This document shows, in pieces, positions 9,629-19,300 of a stretch of 64,000 nucleotides of DNA (positions are counted from its first letter, which is position 1; each line of letters opens with the position of its first letter). The stretch is taken from contig CAZASH010000001.1 in assembly GCA_964487775.1 (NCBI GenBank), positions 403,565 through 467,564 on the forward strand, written 5' to 3'. This DNA is from an uncultured Ruminococcus sp. (GTDB lineage: Bacteria > Bacillota > Clostridia > Oscillospirales > CAG-382). Below the pieces are notes generated by a model. It was not told the DNA's origin, ran no database searches, and was given only the letters and a program-made list of their open reading frames with translations. The position numbers and the translations under genes are program-made.

Positions 9629-10288
9629 TCAGCCTATGATCGCTTTTGTGACAGTGTCGCATATGAGCCTGTGACCCTTTTCGGTCGGGTGAATGCCGTC
9701 GGCACTCAAAAGCTCGCCGAATTCATGAGAGAGCAGGAACGCTCCGCGAAGGTCGACCAGCTCTTCGCCGGTGATCTCTGCAAGATGCTCGACCCTGCGG
9801 CTGAAGTTCTCTTGCCAGCGATAGAGCATACTCTTGTCGCCGAGCCAGCCGAGCAATGTATTTTTGTCGAGCCCATTGCTGATGAAGTCAAAATATTTTT
9901 CGCTGTCGAGAGGGATAAGGTTTGATATAAGCACGCGCGCACCCTTTGACCTTGCATAATCTATGCACTCTCTGTATTTGCGCTCGAACACCTCGGGCAA
10001 GGTGCGGCAGGAATGCTCTGCTTTTGGATCTGAAGCAACATCGCGCCAGATATAGTCGCAGTCGTTGCCGCCGTATTCTATCAGGACGGTATCGCCCTCG
10101 CCTGTCAATTCTTCTTTAATTATCTTCTCGCCGTATTCGATAGTCGCACCCATGCGGCTCAGGTTGTTTATCTCATAGCCGCTTTCGGTGAGCCTTTTAT
10201 AGTCGTTGTCGACAAGGCTGTATCTGCCCTTTGTGCCGCTGAAGGTGACGCCCTTTAATATCGAATCGCCAAAAATATAAAGTTTCAT
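9629..10288 (-). CDS. SGNH/GDSL hydrolase family protein
   Basis: Block I FGDSILKG, block III YGGNDCD, block V DGIHPT. Confidence 0.85.
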   Translation of the reverse strand: MKLYIFGDSILKGVTFSGTKGRYSLVDNDYKRLTESGYEINNLSRMGATIEYGEKIIKEELTGEGDTVLIEYGGNDCDYIWRDVASDPKAEHSCRTLPEVFERKYRECIDYARSKGARVLISNLIPLDSEKYFDFISNGLDKNTLLGWLGDKSMLYRWQENFSRRVEHLAEITGEELVDLRGAFLLSHEFGELLSADGIHPTEKGHRLICDTVTKAIIG

Positions 10289-10373
10289 TTTTAAAAACCG
10301 ACCTCGCTTGTTTTTTGCTGCCGACAGTCTATCACAAGGCGGTCAAAAAGCCAACCTACTATCACGATCATCG

Positions 10374-10413
10374 ATTCTACTGCTGCGAAGCACGACTCTA
10401 CTAACAGTAGAAT
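10374..10413. promoter_or_regulatory. Operator-like repeats upstream of the XRE regulator gene
   Basis: Inverted repeat tctact-aac-agtaga (10397-10411). attctact (10374-10381) is the reverse complement of agtagaat (10406-10413). ctatcac occurs twice upstream (10329, 10359). Confidence 0.3.
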
Positions 10414-10464
10414 TCCCTTATTTTACAAGGATTTTCAGACCTACCGCAAAGGAGCACGAATAAT

Positions 10465-11055
10465 TTGGAGGATCTCAGAATAACAGTCGCGGCAAACATA
10501 GCGACACTCAGAAAGCACGCCAATCTCACCCAGGCAGACCTCGGCGAAAAGATAGGCTATTCAGACAAATCGGTCTCAAAATGGGAGCGCGCCGAGGCGA
10601 TACCCGACATCTATGTTCTGATGCAGATGGCAAAGCTGTTTGATGTGACGGTCGACTATATGTTAAAGCGCCACTCGCCCGAAGAAAAGGTCACGACCAT
10701 CAGCGCCGAAAAAATGCACAACCGCAAATTGATAACCGTCATTTCGCTGCTCGGACTTTTGCTGCTGATCACCGCGATATTCGCGGCGGTTTGGATAGCG
10801 ACGGGCAGAGTCGTATGGCTGATATATATTATTGCCCTGCCTGCCGAGTTTATAACACTGCTCGTCTTTTGCTCTATCTGGTTTGGCAACACAGCAAAGC
10901 TTATTTCGGTGTCGGGCATAATATGGTCTGTTTTGACGGCGATATATGTTTCGTTGCTCGTTCTCGGCGGCGGCAACTGGTGGATATTGTTTATCATCGG
11001 CATTCCCGCTCAGGTCATCGCAACGCTCTGCTTTGGTTTTATCAAGATAAAATAG
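10465..11055 (+). CDS. Membrane-anchored XRE-family helix-turn-helix transcriptional regulator
   Basis: N-terminal HTH_3-like LTQADLGEKIGYSDKSVSKWERAE, then about 4 predicted TM helices. A TTG start is needed to include the HTH, with aaaggag 10 nt upstream. Confidence 0.7.
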   Translation: MEDLRITVAANIATLRKHANLTQADLGEKIGYSDKSVSKWERAEAIPDIYVLMQMAKLFDVTVDYMLKRHSPEEKVTTISAEKMHNRKLITVISLLGLLLLITAIFAAVWIATGRVVWLIYIIALPAEFITLLVFCSIWFGNTAKLISVSGIIWSVLTAIYVSLLVLGGGNWWILFIIGIPAQVIATLCFGFIKIK

Positions 11056-11062
11056 CAAAAAA

Positions 11063-11091
11063 ATCACCCTGCGACCTTGCAGGGTGATTTG
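11063..11091. terminator. Bidirectional intrinsic terminator serving the XRE gene (+) and tRNA-Thr (-)
   Basis: atcaccctgc-gacctt-gcagggtgat. A 7-nt T run follows on the minus strand and ttt on the plus strand. Confidence 0.7.
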
Positions 11092-11103
11092 GTAAAAATA
11101 AAA

Positions 11104-11175
11104 AGCTAATGGTGGGATTCGGACCCACGACCTGCTGATTACGAATCAGCTGCACTACCCCTGTGCTACATTAGC
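11104..11175 (-). tRNA. tRNA-Thr (anticodon CGU)
   Basis: Manual cloverleaf: acceptor gctaatg/cattagc, D stem gcac/gtgc, anticodon stem gctga/tcagc with loop ttCGTaa, T arm gtggg-tccgaat-cccac. 72 nt, CCA not encoded. Confidence 0.85.
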
Positions 11176-11197
11176 GGATGCCGTGACATCGTCTTGT

Positions 11198-11225
11198 ATT
11201 ATAGCAGAAAAACCGAGAATGTCAA
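11198..11225 (-). promoter_or_regulatory. Sigma-70-type promoter for tRNA-Thr
   Basis: Minus strand reads TTGACA-16 nt-(TGc)TATAAT, ending about 20 nt upstream of the tRNA 5' end. Confidence 0.65.
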
Positions 11226-11257
11226 GACCAATTTTTAAAACCGCTCATATTTTTGCT

Positions 11258-11285
11258 TGACATAAAGAAAATATGTGATATACTT
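11258..11285 (+). promoter_or_regulatory. Sigma-70-type promoter for tRNA-Gly
   Basis: TTGACA (11258-11263)-16 nt-(TGa)TATACT (11280-11285), 8 nt upstream of the tRNA. Confidence 0.65.
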
Positions 11286-11293
11286 ATCGTGTT

Positions 11294-11364
11294 GCGGGCG
11301 TAGTTTAGTGGCAGAACTTCAGCTTCCCAAGCTGACCGTGCGGGTTCGATTCCCGTCGCCCGCT
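11294..11364 (+). tRNA. tRNA-Gly (anticodon CCC)
   Basis: Acceptor gcgggcg/cgcccgc, anticodon stem tcagc/gctga with loop ttCCCaa, T arm gcggg-ttcgatt-cccgt. 71 nt. The 71-aa ORF 11275-11490 over it is spurious. Confidence 0.9.
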
Positions 11365-11372
11365 TGCATTTT

Positions 11373-11413
11373 GCACCTTGAAAATCGTTTGATTTTCAAG
11401 GTGCTTGCTTTTT
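11373..11413 (+). terminator. Intrinsic terminator after tRNA-Gly
   Basis: gcaccttgaaaatc-gtttg-attttcaaggtgc followed by ttgcttttt. Confidence 0.8.
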
Positions 11414-11542
11414 ATATGCCCAAAAGGCGTTTTTGGCGCAAATATAATATAAATATTTGTGGGCAAATCGCAAAAAACTCTTGCATTTGACAGTCTCTTG
11501 TGTTAAGATTGTTCTTAGCGATTTATTTTTTCGGAGCATCAG

Positions 11543-12220
11543 ATGAAGAACGGTATTTTGACTATAGCCATCGACGGGCCCTCGGGCTCGGGCAAGAGCT
11601 CGCTTGCCGACAGAATAGCGGCAGAATACAATCTCATACACATCGATACGGGTGCGCTTTACAGAGCAATCGGGCTTTATGTGCGTGATGCAGGCGTGGC
11701 ATCGACCGACAAGCAAAGAGTCACAGAGCTCTTGCCGCAGATCGACGTTACCATGCAGCTCGAGGACGGCAAGGGCGTCGTTTATCTCGGCGACAAAAGG
11801 CTTGGCGCAGAGATACGCACACCCGAAATATCAAAATATGCTTCGGATGTTTCGGCAATGCCCGAGGTCAGAGCATTCCTGCTCGAGACACAGCGCAGCA
11901 TCGCACGCACGCACGGGGTCGTGATGGACGGTCGTGACATCGGCACCGTCATACTGCCTGATGCCGACGTCAAGATATTTCTGATCGCTTCCGACGAGGT
12001 CAGAGCACAGCGCAGAGTAGCAGAGCTTGCCGCAAAAGGCACTCACATCACATTGCAAGAAGCGCTTGATGCGATGCGCTCACGTGATAGCAATGACAAA
12101 AATCGCAAGACCGCACCTGCAATTCCCGCAGACGATGCAATATTGCTTGATAATTCGCTGCTTGACCTCGACGGCACGTTTGCCGCGGCAAAGCAGATCA
12201 TCGACAGAGTGACAGCATGA
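11543..12220 (+). CDS. cmk: Cytidylate kinase
   Basis: P-loop IAIDGPSGSGKSS and conserved IDTGALYRA; the cmk-then-rpsA gene order is typical. Confidence 0.9.
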   Translation: MKNGILTIAIDGPSGSGKSSLADRIAAEYNLIHIDTGALYRAIGLYVRDAGVASTDKQRVTELLPQIDVTMQLEDGKGVVYLGDKRLGAEIRTPEISKYASDVSAMPEVRAFLLETQRSIARTHGVVMDGRDIGTVILPDADVKIFLIASDEVRAQRRVAELAAKGTHITLQEALDAMRSRDSNDKNRKTAPAIPADDAILLDNSLLDLDGTFAAAKQIIDRVTA

Positions 12221-12825
12221 GGTTTTACAGATTCATACGGGCTCTCATTAAGCCGTTCGTATTTTTGCTTTACAGAGTCAAAAAGGTCGGCGCAAAAAAC
12301 GAGCCCGATACGCCATATATAGTCTTTGCCAATCACAGTTCGTTTATCGATCCGATATTGCTTGCGGTCACGCTGAAGCAGTCTGTCAGGTTCGCCGCCA
12401 AGGTCGATCTGACAAAGCACGCATTGCCGAGATGGTTCTTTAAGCATCTGGGCTGTGTCACGCTCAACCGTGACGGCAAGGATATGCAGAGCATAAGAGA
12501 GCTCGTCGGCATCATAAACGACGGCACGAGTGTAGGCATTTTTCCGCAAGGGACAAGGATCCCATACAAGATCCCGTCGTCCGACGACGCCTTGCCCGGG
12601 TTTGCCGCTATCGCCAAGATGTCAAAAGCAACATTGCTGCCTGTTTCGATAATTACAAAGCGCTTGAGACCCGGCATATTCCGCAGGACGACAGTCATTA
12701 TAGGCGAGCCTATTACCTATGACGAGTATATGTCCTGTGCAGAGAACCCCACGCGAGAGCAGATAACCGCTTATTGCTTTGACCGTGTGGCGCAGAGATT
12801 TGAGAATGCAGATGCAAAAAACTAA
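12217..12825 (+). CDS. plsC: 1-acyl-sn-glycerol-3-phosphate acyltransferase family protein
   Basis: HX4D motif FANHSSFIDP and FPQGTR block; ATGA overlap with the cmk stop. Confidence 0.8.
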   Translation: MRFYRFIRALIKPFVFLLYRVKKVGAKNEPDTPYIVFANHSSFIDPILLAVTLKQSVRFAAKVDLTKHALPRWFFKHLGCVTLNRDGKDMQSIRELVGIINDGTSVGIFPQGTRIPYKIPSSDDALPGFAAIAKMSKATLLPVSIITKRLRPGIFRRTTVIIGEPITYDEYMSCAENPTREQITAYCFDRVAQRFENADAKN

Positions 12826-14803
12826 TTTGCCGGTGATAACTGTTGCGCACCACGCAGGCTTTTGCTTTGGTGTCAGGCGTGCGGTGGATATGCTCGAGTC
12901 TATCGTTTCAGAGGGCAACAAAATTTATTCGCTCGGGCAGTTTATACACAACAAAACAGTCACAGATTCATTTAAGGTTCGAGGTGTATCTATTATAGAG
13001 GAGGACGGTATCCGAACGCTTGACGAAGGCGCAAGGGTGTTCATCAGAGCACACGGAGCACCGCCAGACATCATAGACCGTTTAAAGCAAAAGGGCTGCC
13101 TTATATACGACGGCACATGCCCGTTTGTCAAAAAGATACACGGCATACTCGACTCGCTTGACGAGGATACAGAGGTTTTGATATTCGGCGACCCCGCCCA
13201 CCCCGAGGTCAAAGGCATCAAGGGGCACGCACGCGGCAGGTCTGTCGTGATAAGCAATTCAAAAGACGCAATGCAATATCTCGCTTCGGCGCAATGTTGC
13301 AAGCGTGCTGCCGTCGCACAGACAACGTTCAGCAAAGCAGAGTGGGCATTATGCAGACAGGTGCTCTCACAGAGAGAGGCAGACAAAATACAAATATTCG
13401 ATACCATCTGCAGCACCACCGATGAGCGCCAGACAGAGGCGCTCGAGCTCGCAAAGCAAAGCGACCTTATGATAGTCGTCGGCAGCAGGTCGAGCTCAAA
13501 CACACAAAAGCTGTTTGATATTGCAAAACAGCATTGTCGCACCGCAGTCCTCGCCGAGGACTCACGCGACCTCAGAGCGCAGATAAATAACACATTCGGC
13601 ATCTGCGGTCTGCAAAAAATCGCCATAACTGCCGGAGCATCGACTCCGAGCAGTATTATAGAGGAGGTAACCAACACCATGGCAGAGATCATTCAAGAAC
13701 AATCGTTCGAAGAGCTGCTCGCGCAATCATTCAAGACATTACATACAGGAGAGAAGGTAACCGGCATAATTTCAATGGTAAGTCCCGCTGAAATTCATGT
13801 CGACTTGGGTACTAAGCATACAGGCATACTGCCGTATGATGAGGTAACATCCGAGAGCGGCGTAGATCTTACTGCCGAATATCATGTCGGCGACCCCATC
13901 GAGGTTGTTTGTCTCAAATTCAGCGACACTGACGGAACAGTCCAGCTCTCAAAGAAGCGTCTTGACGCAGACAAAAACTGGGTCAACATCGTTTCGGCTG
14001 AAGAAGAAGGCACTATACTTAACGGCACAGTACGTGAGGTCACCAAGGGCGGCGTCATCGTTTATTCTGCCGGCACAAAGATTTTCGTGCCCGCATCGCA
14101 CACCGGCATCGCCAAGGACGGCGATATGAACACGCTGCTCGGCAAGAGCGTTCCCGTCAAGATCATCGAGGTCAACGATCAGCGCAAGCGTGCAGTCGGC
14201 TCTATCCGCAACGCAGCTCGCATCGAGCGCAAAAAGGCTATCGAAGAGTTTTATGCAACTCTCGAGGTCGGCCAGAAATTCAAAGGCACTGTCCGCGCAG
14301 TAACCGATTACGGCATTTTCGTCAACATCGGACCTGTCGAGGGCATGGCGCACATCACCGAGCTTTCGTGGGGCAGACTCAGATCACCGCACGATCTCTT
14401 CAAGGTCGGCGATACTATCGACGTTTATGTCAAGAAGGTCGACGTTGAGCGTCATCGCATCTCGCTCGGCTATAAGACCGAAGAGAACGATCCCCGCAAG
14501 ATCTTCCCCGAGAAGTATCACGTAGGCGACGTTGTTGAAGCACAGATCGTCAGCATCATGCCCTTCGGCGCATTCGCAGAGATCATTCCCGGCGTTGACG
14601 GACTTATCCACAACACTCAGATCGCCCTCAAGCCTGTTGCAAATCCTGCAAGCGTGCTAAACGTAGGCGACAAGGTCACTGTCAAGATCACCGACATCGA
14701 CAGCGAGCGCAACCGCGTGAGCCTCTCGATCAAGGCTCTGCTTGACGGCGGCGAGGATGAGACCAACACCCCTGCCGAAGCAACCACCGAGACCAACGAA
14801 TAA
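12806..14803 (+). CDS. ispH: Bifunctional 4-hydroxy-3-methylbut-2-enyl diphosphate reductase (IspH/LytB) / ribosomal protein S1 fusion
   Basis: N-terminal IspH (HAGFCFGVRRAV, three-Cys pattern) reads through into four S1/OB repeats (GxV..V...G..V motifs). The start is uncertain: ATGs at 12779, 12806 and 12812. Confidence 0.85.
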   Translation: MQMQKTNLPVITVAHHAGFCFGVRRAVDMLESIVSEGNKIYSLGQFIHNKTVTDSFKVRGVSIIEEDGIRTLDEGARVFIRAHGAPPDIIDRLKQKGCLIYDGTCPFVKKIHGILDSLDEDTEVLIFGDPAHPEVKGIKGHARGRSVVISNSKDAMQYLASAQCCKRAAVAQTTFSKAEWALCRQVLSQREADKIQIFDTICSTTDERQTEALELAKQSDLMIVVGSRSSSNTQKLFDIAKQHCRTAVLAEDSRDLRAQINNTFGICGLQKIAITAGASTPSSIIEEVTNTMAEIIQEQSFEELLAQSFKTLHTGEKVTGIISMVSPAEIHVDLGTKHTGILPYDEVTSESGVDLTAEYHVGDPIEVVCLKFSDTDGTVQLSKKRLDADKNWVNIVSAEEEGTILNGTVREVTKGGVIVYSAGTKIFVPASHTGIAKDGDMNTLLGKSVPVKIIEVNDQRKRAVGSIRNAARIERKKAIEEFYATLEVGQKFKGTVRAVTDYGIFVNIGPVEGMAHITELSWGRLRSPHDLFKVGDTIDVYVKKVDVERHRISLGYKTEENDPRKIFPEKYHVGDVVEAQIVSIMPFGAFAEIIPGVDGLIHNTQIALKPVANPASVLNVGDKVTVKITDIDSERNRVSLSIKALLDGGEDETNTPAEATTETNE

Positions 14804-14816
14804 TAATCAAACAACA

Positions 14817-14848
14817 AAGGCGCTGCTCAAATCGAGCGGCGCCTTTTG
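14817..14848. terminator. Intrinsic terminator between convergent genes
   Basis: aaggcgctgctc-aaat-cgagcggcgcctt followed by ttgc; imperfect stem. Confidence 0.55.
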
Positions 14849-14872
14849 CTATGCTTATTGGGTTTTAACTTA

Positions 14873-16327
14873 TCAGTCGTAGAACTCTATTGCGGTGCGG
14901 ATGTCGTATTTGCCGAGCTCATCGTTGTCGATGGTTATCGAGTCAAAGAAGGTCTCCATATATTTATAGAAAGCATCGCTGCTGAGCGTGGTCTCTATAT
15001 CGGCATAATAGGTCGTCTTGGTATTGCTGTAGCTGTCGGTGTATTCTGTCTTTGCGTCGGCTGCGGTAAGCGTATCCTTATAGAGCACAAACACGCCGTC
15101 GGTAGTCTCGACCATGAAATACTCGCCCTCTTTGGCAGCGTTGTATGCCTTCATGATGTCCTCGGACATATCAGACTCGGTGAAAATGCTGTCGTTGACA
15201 AAAGCGGTATAGAAATCAGTCTTGAGCTCTTTGCCGTATTCGACCGTGCCTGCCTTGACGTCTTCTAAATATTTTTCGGCATATTCCTTGACTGCCTTGC
15301 GGCTCATCGCGGTCTTGCATTCTTTCTCGACAGTCTCGGTGAGGTCGCTTGCAGCGGTCTCTGCTCTGCAGATGATGTGAACGCCGTCGTCATCCGAAAC
15401 GCTTATCCATTCGCCGAGCTCTGCGCTCTTTGCCTTGTCAAACACGTCGGAGCCGAGCTTTGAGGACGAAACGACCCAGTCGGCATTAGCGCCGTCTGCG
15501 CTGCTCTTGAGGTCGGCAAAGGTCTTTGAGCCGTCGGAAAGCTGCGACAGCACCTCGTCGGTGCGTGCTTTGAAATCGGCTTCTTTCTCATCCTTGCCCT
15601 TTTCATAATAGAGATAATTGCACTTGATATAGTTCTCTGCGAAATATGCGCTTATCTCGTTGGTGGTGAAATCTGCGATGTAGGTCTCATATTCTGTTTC
15701 GCTGCCGTCCTTGAGCGCATAGAAGCTGAAGGACATGCTGTCGACCTTTTTGTAGTTCTTTAAGAAATACTCTTCGACATCGGCTGCAGGAACCTTTTGA
15801 ATGCCGTTCTCGCCATAGAGATGCTCTTGAACGAGCGAAACACGGTATGAATCATCAAGGAACTTAAGGAACGTTGCCTTGTCAGCGCCTATCTTTGCAA
15901 GCTCGACAGCAAACAGGTCCTCGCCGCCATAGTTGGCAACATAGCTCGAAACAGTGTCGTCGATCTCTTTGAGGGTATCCTCTTTGGTGATCTCGATGCC
16001 GTACTTTGCGGCAAGGTAGTTGCATATGAGCACTATGCGGCAATAGTCGTTGATGTCGGACGTGATCTGCTCGGCAAGCGTAACGCCCTCTGTGTATTCG
16101 GTTTCCCACTGCTCGGGGTTTGCCGAAAGGTCGATTCCGTAATAATAATTAAAGAGCGTCATATAATAGCCCTTTTGATACGAAAGGATGAGCGAATAAT
16201 AATCTGATGATATGCTCTGATCCTCGTATGAGAATACAGGCGTTCTGTTTGCCACCGCACACGACGTTAGCGCAAGAAGCATACACGCGCAGAGTATGGC
16301 AGCAACGATTTTTTTGGTTGACTTCAT
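14873..16327 (-). CDS. Lipoprotein, possibly SurA/PrsA-N-terminal-like chaperone domain protein (no parvulin motif seen)
   Basis: Signal plus lipobox MKSTKKIVAAILCACMLLALTSC. Its position downstream of mfd matches where Clostridia carry a PrsA-like foldase. The function call is weak. Confidence 0.5.
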   Translation of the reverse strand: MKSTKKIVAAILCACMLLALTSCAVANRTPVFSYEDQSISSDYYSLILSYQKGYYMTLFNYYYGIDLSANPEQWETEYTEGVTLAEQITSDINDYCRIVLICNYLAAKYGIEITKEDTLKEIDDTVSSYVANYGGEDLFAVELAKIGADKATFLKFLDDSYRVSLVQEHLYGENGIQKVPAADVEEYFLKNYKKVDSMSFSFYALKDGSETEYETYIADFTTNEISAYFAENYIKCNYLYYEKGKDEKEADFKARTDEVLSQLSDGSKTFADLKSSADGANADWVVSSSKLGSDVFDKAKSAELGEWISVSDDDGVHIICRAETAASDLTETVEKECKTAMSRKAVKEYAEKYLEDVKAGTVEYGKELKTDFYTAFVNDSIFTESDMSEDIMKAYNAAKEGEYFMVETTDGVFVLYKDTLTAADAKTEYTDSYSNTKTTYYADIETTLSSDAFYKYMETFFDSITIDNDELGKYDIRTAIEFYD

Positions 16328-16390
16328 ATTAACCTCCGATGCCGAAAGGCACTTTTTTTATAGTATAGCACACATTTGCTTAAATGCACA

Positions 16391-19300
16391 TTAATTTTTG
16401 TGATTTTGAGCATAAATTTTGAGTATTTGTGAGAGCACCTCGGGTATATCGGTGCCTTTTTGCAAGCGATAAGCGATATAAGGCGCATTTCCCGCATTGA
16501 TGAGCACACGTCCGCGCAGGTCGCTGTCGGCTGCCACGGCAGATGCCGCAGCCATATCGAGCCTGTCGTTATGCAGCAAAAGCTGTGTATCACGCTGCTC
16601 GATGAGCCTGAAGCCGCAGGCAGACGCAGCGTTGCGAATAAGCGAGACCTTCATCAGATTCTGCGCAGAACGCGGCGGATCGCCGAACCTGTCAGACAGC
16701 TCGTCATAAAGGTCGTTGTATTCTGCCGTGTTGCGGATGTGCGCGATCTTGCGGTAAACATCCATGCGTATTTTTGACGAATCAATATAGTCGTCGCCGA
16801 TGAAGCTGTCGACAAGAATATCGACTGTGCAGGACTGCTCCTGCTTGGCAGGCTTGCCCTTGAGCTCGTTGACGGCGTCCTCGAGTATCTTTATATAAAG
16901 ATCGTAGCCTATCGCCTCCATATGGCCACTCTGCTCTGAACCGAGCAGATTGCCTGCGCCACGCAATTCGAGGTCGCGCATAGCGATCTTAAAGCCCGAG
17001 CCGAATTCCGTAAACTCGCGTATCGCCTCTAATCGCTTGGTGGCGATCTCGCTTAATATCTTTTCGGGGCGGTAGGTGAAATAAGCGTACGCCTTGCGTG
17101 ACGAGCGCCCCACCCTGCCTCTTATCTGATGAAGCTGCGAGAGTCCCATTCGGTCGGCATCCTCGATGATGAGCGTGTTGGCATTCGGAACGTTGACACC
17201 TGTCTCAATTATAGTAGTGCAAACAAGAATGTCTATCTCGCCCTGGACCATGCCGGACCAGACATCGGATAATTCTTCTTTATCCATCTTGCCGTGTCCG
17301 ATAGCGACATTGCTGTCGGGAAACCTCTGCGCTATCGCCGCCGCCCTGCTGTATATGCTGTCGACGTTGTTATGCAGATAAAAGACCTGCCCGCCACGCC
17401 TTAATTCGCGGCGTATAGCCTCATCAATGACGGCGTCGTCATGCTCAAGAACATAGCTCTGCACAGGCATTCTGTCTGTGGGCGCTTCTTCGAGCACCGA
17501 CATATCGCGTATGCCCGACAGCGCCATATTAAGCGTTCTCGGAATAGGTGTCGCGGTCAGTGTAAGCACGTCGGTATTCTGTGCGAGCATCTTTATGCTC
17601 TCTTTGTGCTTGACGCCAAAGCGCTGCTCCTCATCGACTATCAAAAGTCCGAGGTCATCAAACACGACGTCCTTCTGCAAAAGGCGGTGAGTGCCGACGA
17701 CTATATCGACCGCACCCTTGGCAAGGTCCTTTATGACACGTGACTGCTCTGCCTTGGTGACAAAGCGTGACATCATGGCGATATTTACAGGATAGCCTCT
17801 GAAGCGTGCCAAAAGCGTCTGATAGTGCTGCATGGCGAGTATCGTCGTGGGAACGAGTATCGCACACTGCTTTCCCGAGAATACGCACTTGAAGGCAGCA
17901 CGCAGCGAGACCTCTGTCTTGCCGAAGCCGACGTCGCCGCAAAGCAATCTGTCCATCGGACGTGACTGCTGCATATCGCTCTTTATCTCAGCGGCAGCAC
18001 GCATCTGGCACTCGGTCTCTGAATATTCAAAGCCTGCCTCGAACTCCTCCTGCATCTCGTCGTCCGGCGGAAACGCAAAGCCCTCCTTCTGCTGGCGCTC
18101 GGCATAGAGCCTGATAAGCTCCTTGGCGATATCCTGCGCCGCAAGCCGAGCCTTTGCCTTTGCCTTTTGCCATTCCGACGAGCCCATCTTTGACAGCTTG
18201 ACATTGTCGCCACCGCAAACATATTTGCTGACCATGTCGAGCTGATTGCAGGGAACATACAGTATGCCGTTGTCGGCGTATACTATTTTAATATAATCAC
18301 GTGTAACACCCTCGGTGACGAGAGTTTTTACACCCTCGTATCTGCCTATGCCGTGGTTGACATGCACGACGATGTCGCCGACAGAAAGGTCAGCATACGA
18401 AGCGATGCGCTCGCCCTTGTGAATACTGCCCGCCTTGCTGCGCCGTCTGGTGGGCGTATTGCGTGCCGCCGCATCACGGTCGGTGAGCAAAACGAGCCCT
18501 GTCTTTGGCAATGAAAAGCCAAACGGCAATGACGCGCCGTCCTCGATATAGCCAACAGTTACGCAGCCCTTATCCAGCTTGCCTGCAAGCATCGAAACCG
18601 TAAACCCGTGCTCGGCAAGCATTTCGAACATTATTTCTGCACTGCGCTTGGTGCGGCAGAGCAAAAGCAATGCTTTGTCTTTGGTGGCGGTGGTCTTAAG
18701 CTCGTCGAGCATAACATCCTGCTTGCCGCCAAAGCCGCTTTGTGTTTCTGCAATCAAGGTATACTGCGCCTTATAGGGCAAGAGCCTGCCCGAGGATGAG
18801 AATATGTCGCAAGCAACAGTCATAGCAGGCAGGCGTGCATAAAACTCATCACCCATAAGCGCCGAAACAGGCGTTTTGTATGTGCAGCAGCCGTTCTTGA
18901 CGAGCGACTCTATATTCTCGCCATAAGTCCAGTCAAACGCTTTTTTGCGCTCCTTGACCTTTTGGGTGTCGTATATCTGGCAGAGAATGCCCTTGCCGAG
19001 ATAATCAAGCAGGCATTCGTTTTTGTCATAAACAAGCGTAAAAAATCTGTCGGCGAACGAGACCTGCATACCTGCCTCGAGATCAGAGCGCTCACGGCGC
19101 AGGGTCTCTTTGATCTTGTCTGCGGTCTTTGGCGCAGCAAGCAGCCTGTCTATCTCTGCTATCATGCGCTCAGACGACTCTGGGTCTGTTATGACCTCGC
19201 GGCAGGGCAAAACGGTCAAAGAGCGGTGGTTTTCGGTGCGGCGCTGCGTCTCGATGTCAAACTCGCCTATCAGATCAATCTCATCGCCGAAAAAATCTAT

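Noticed and set aside
11275-11490. 71-aa ORF
   Set aside because: It overlaps tRNA-Gly and its terminator and is not coding.
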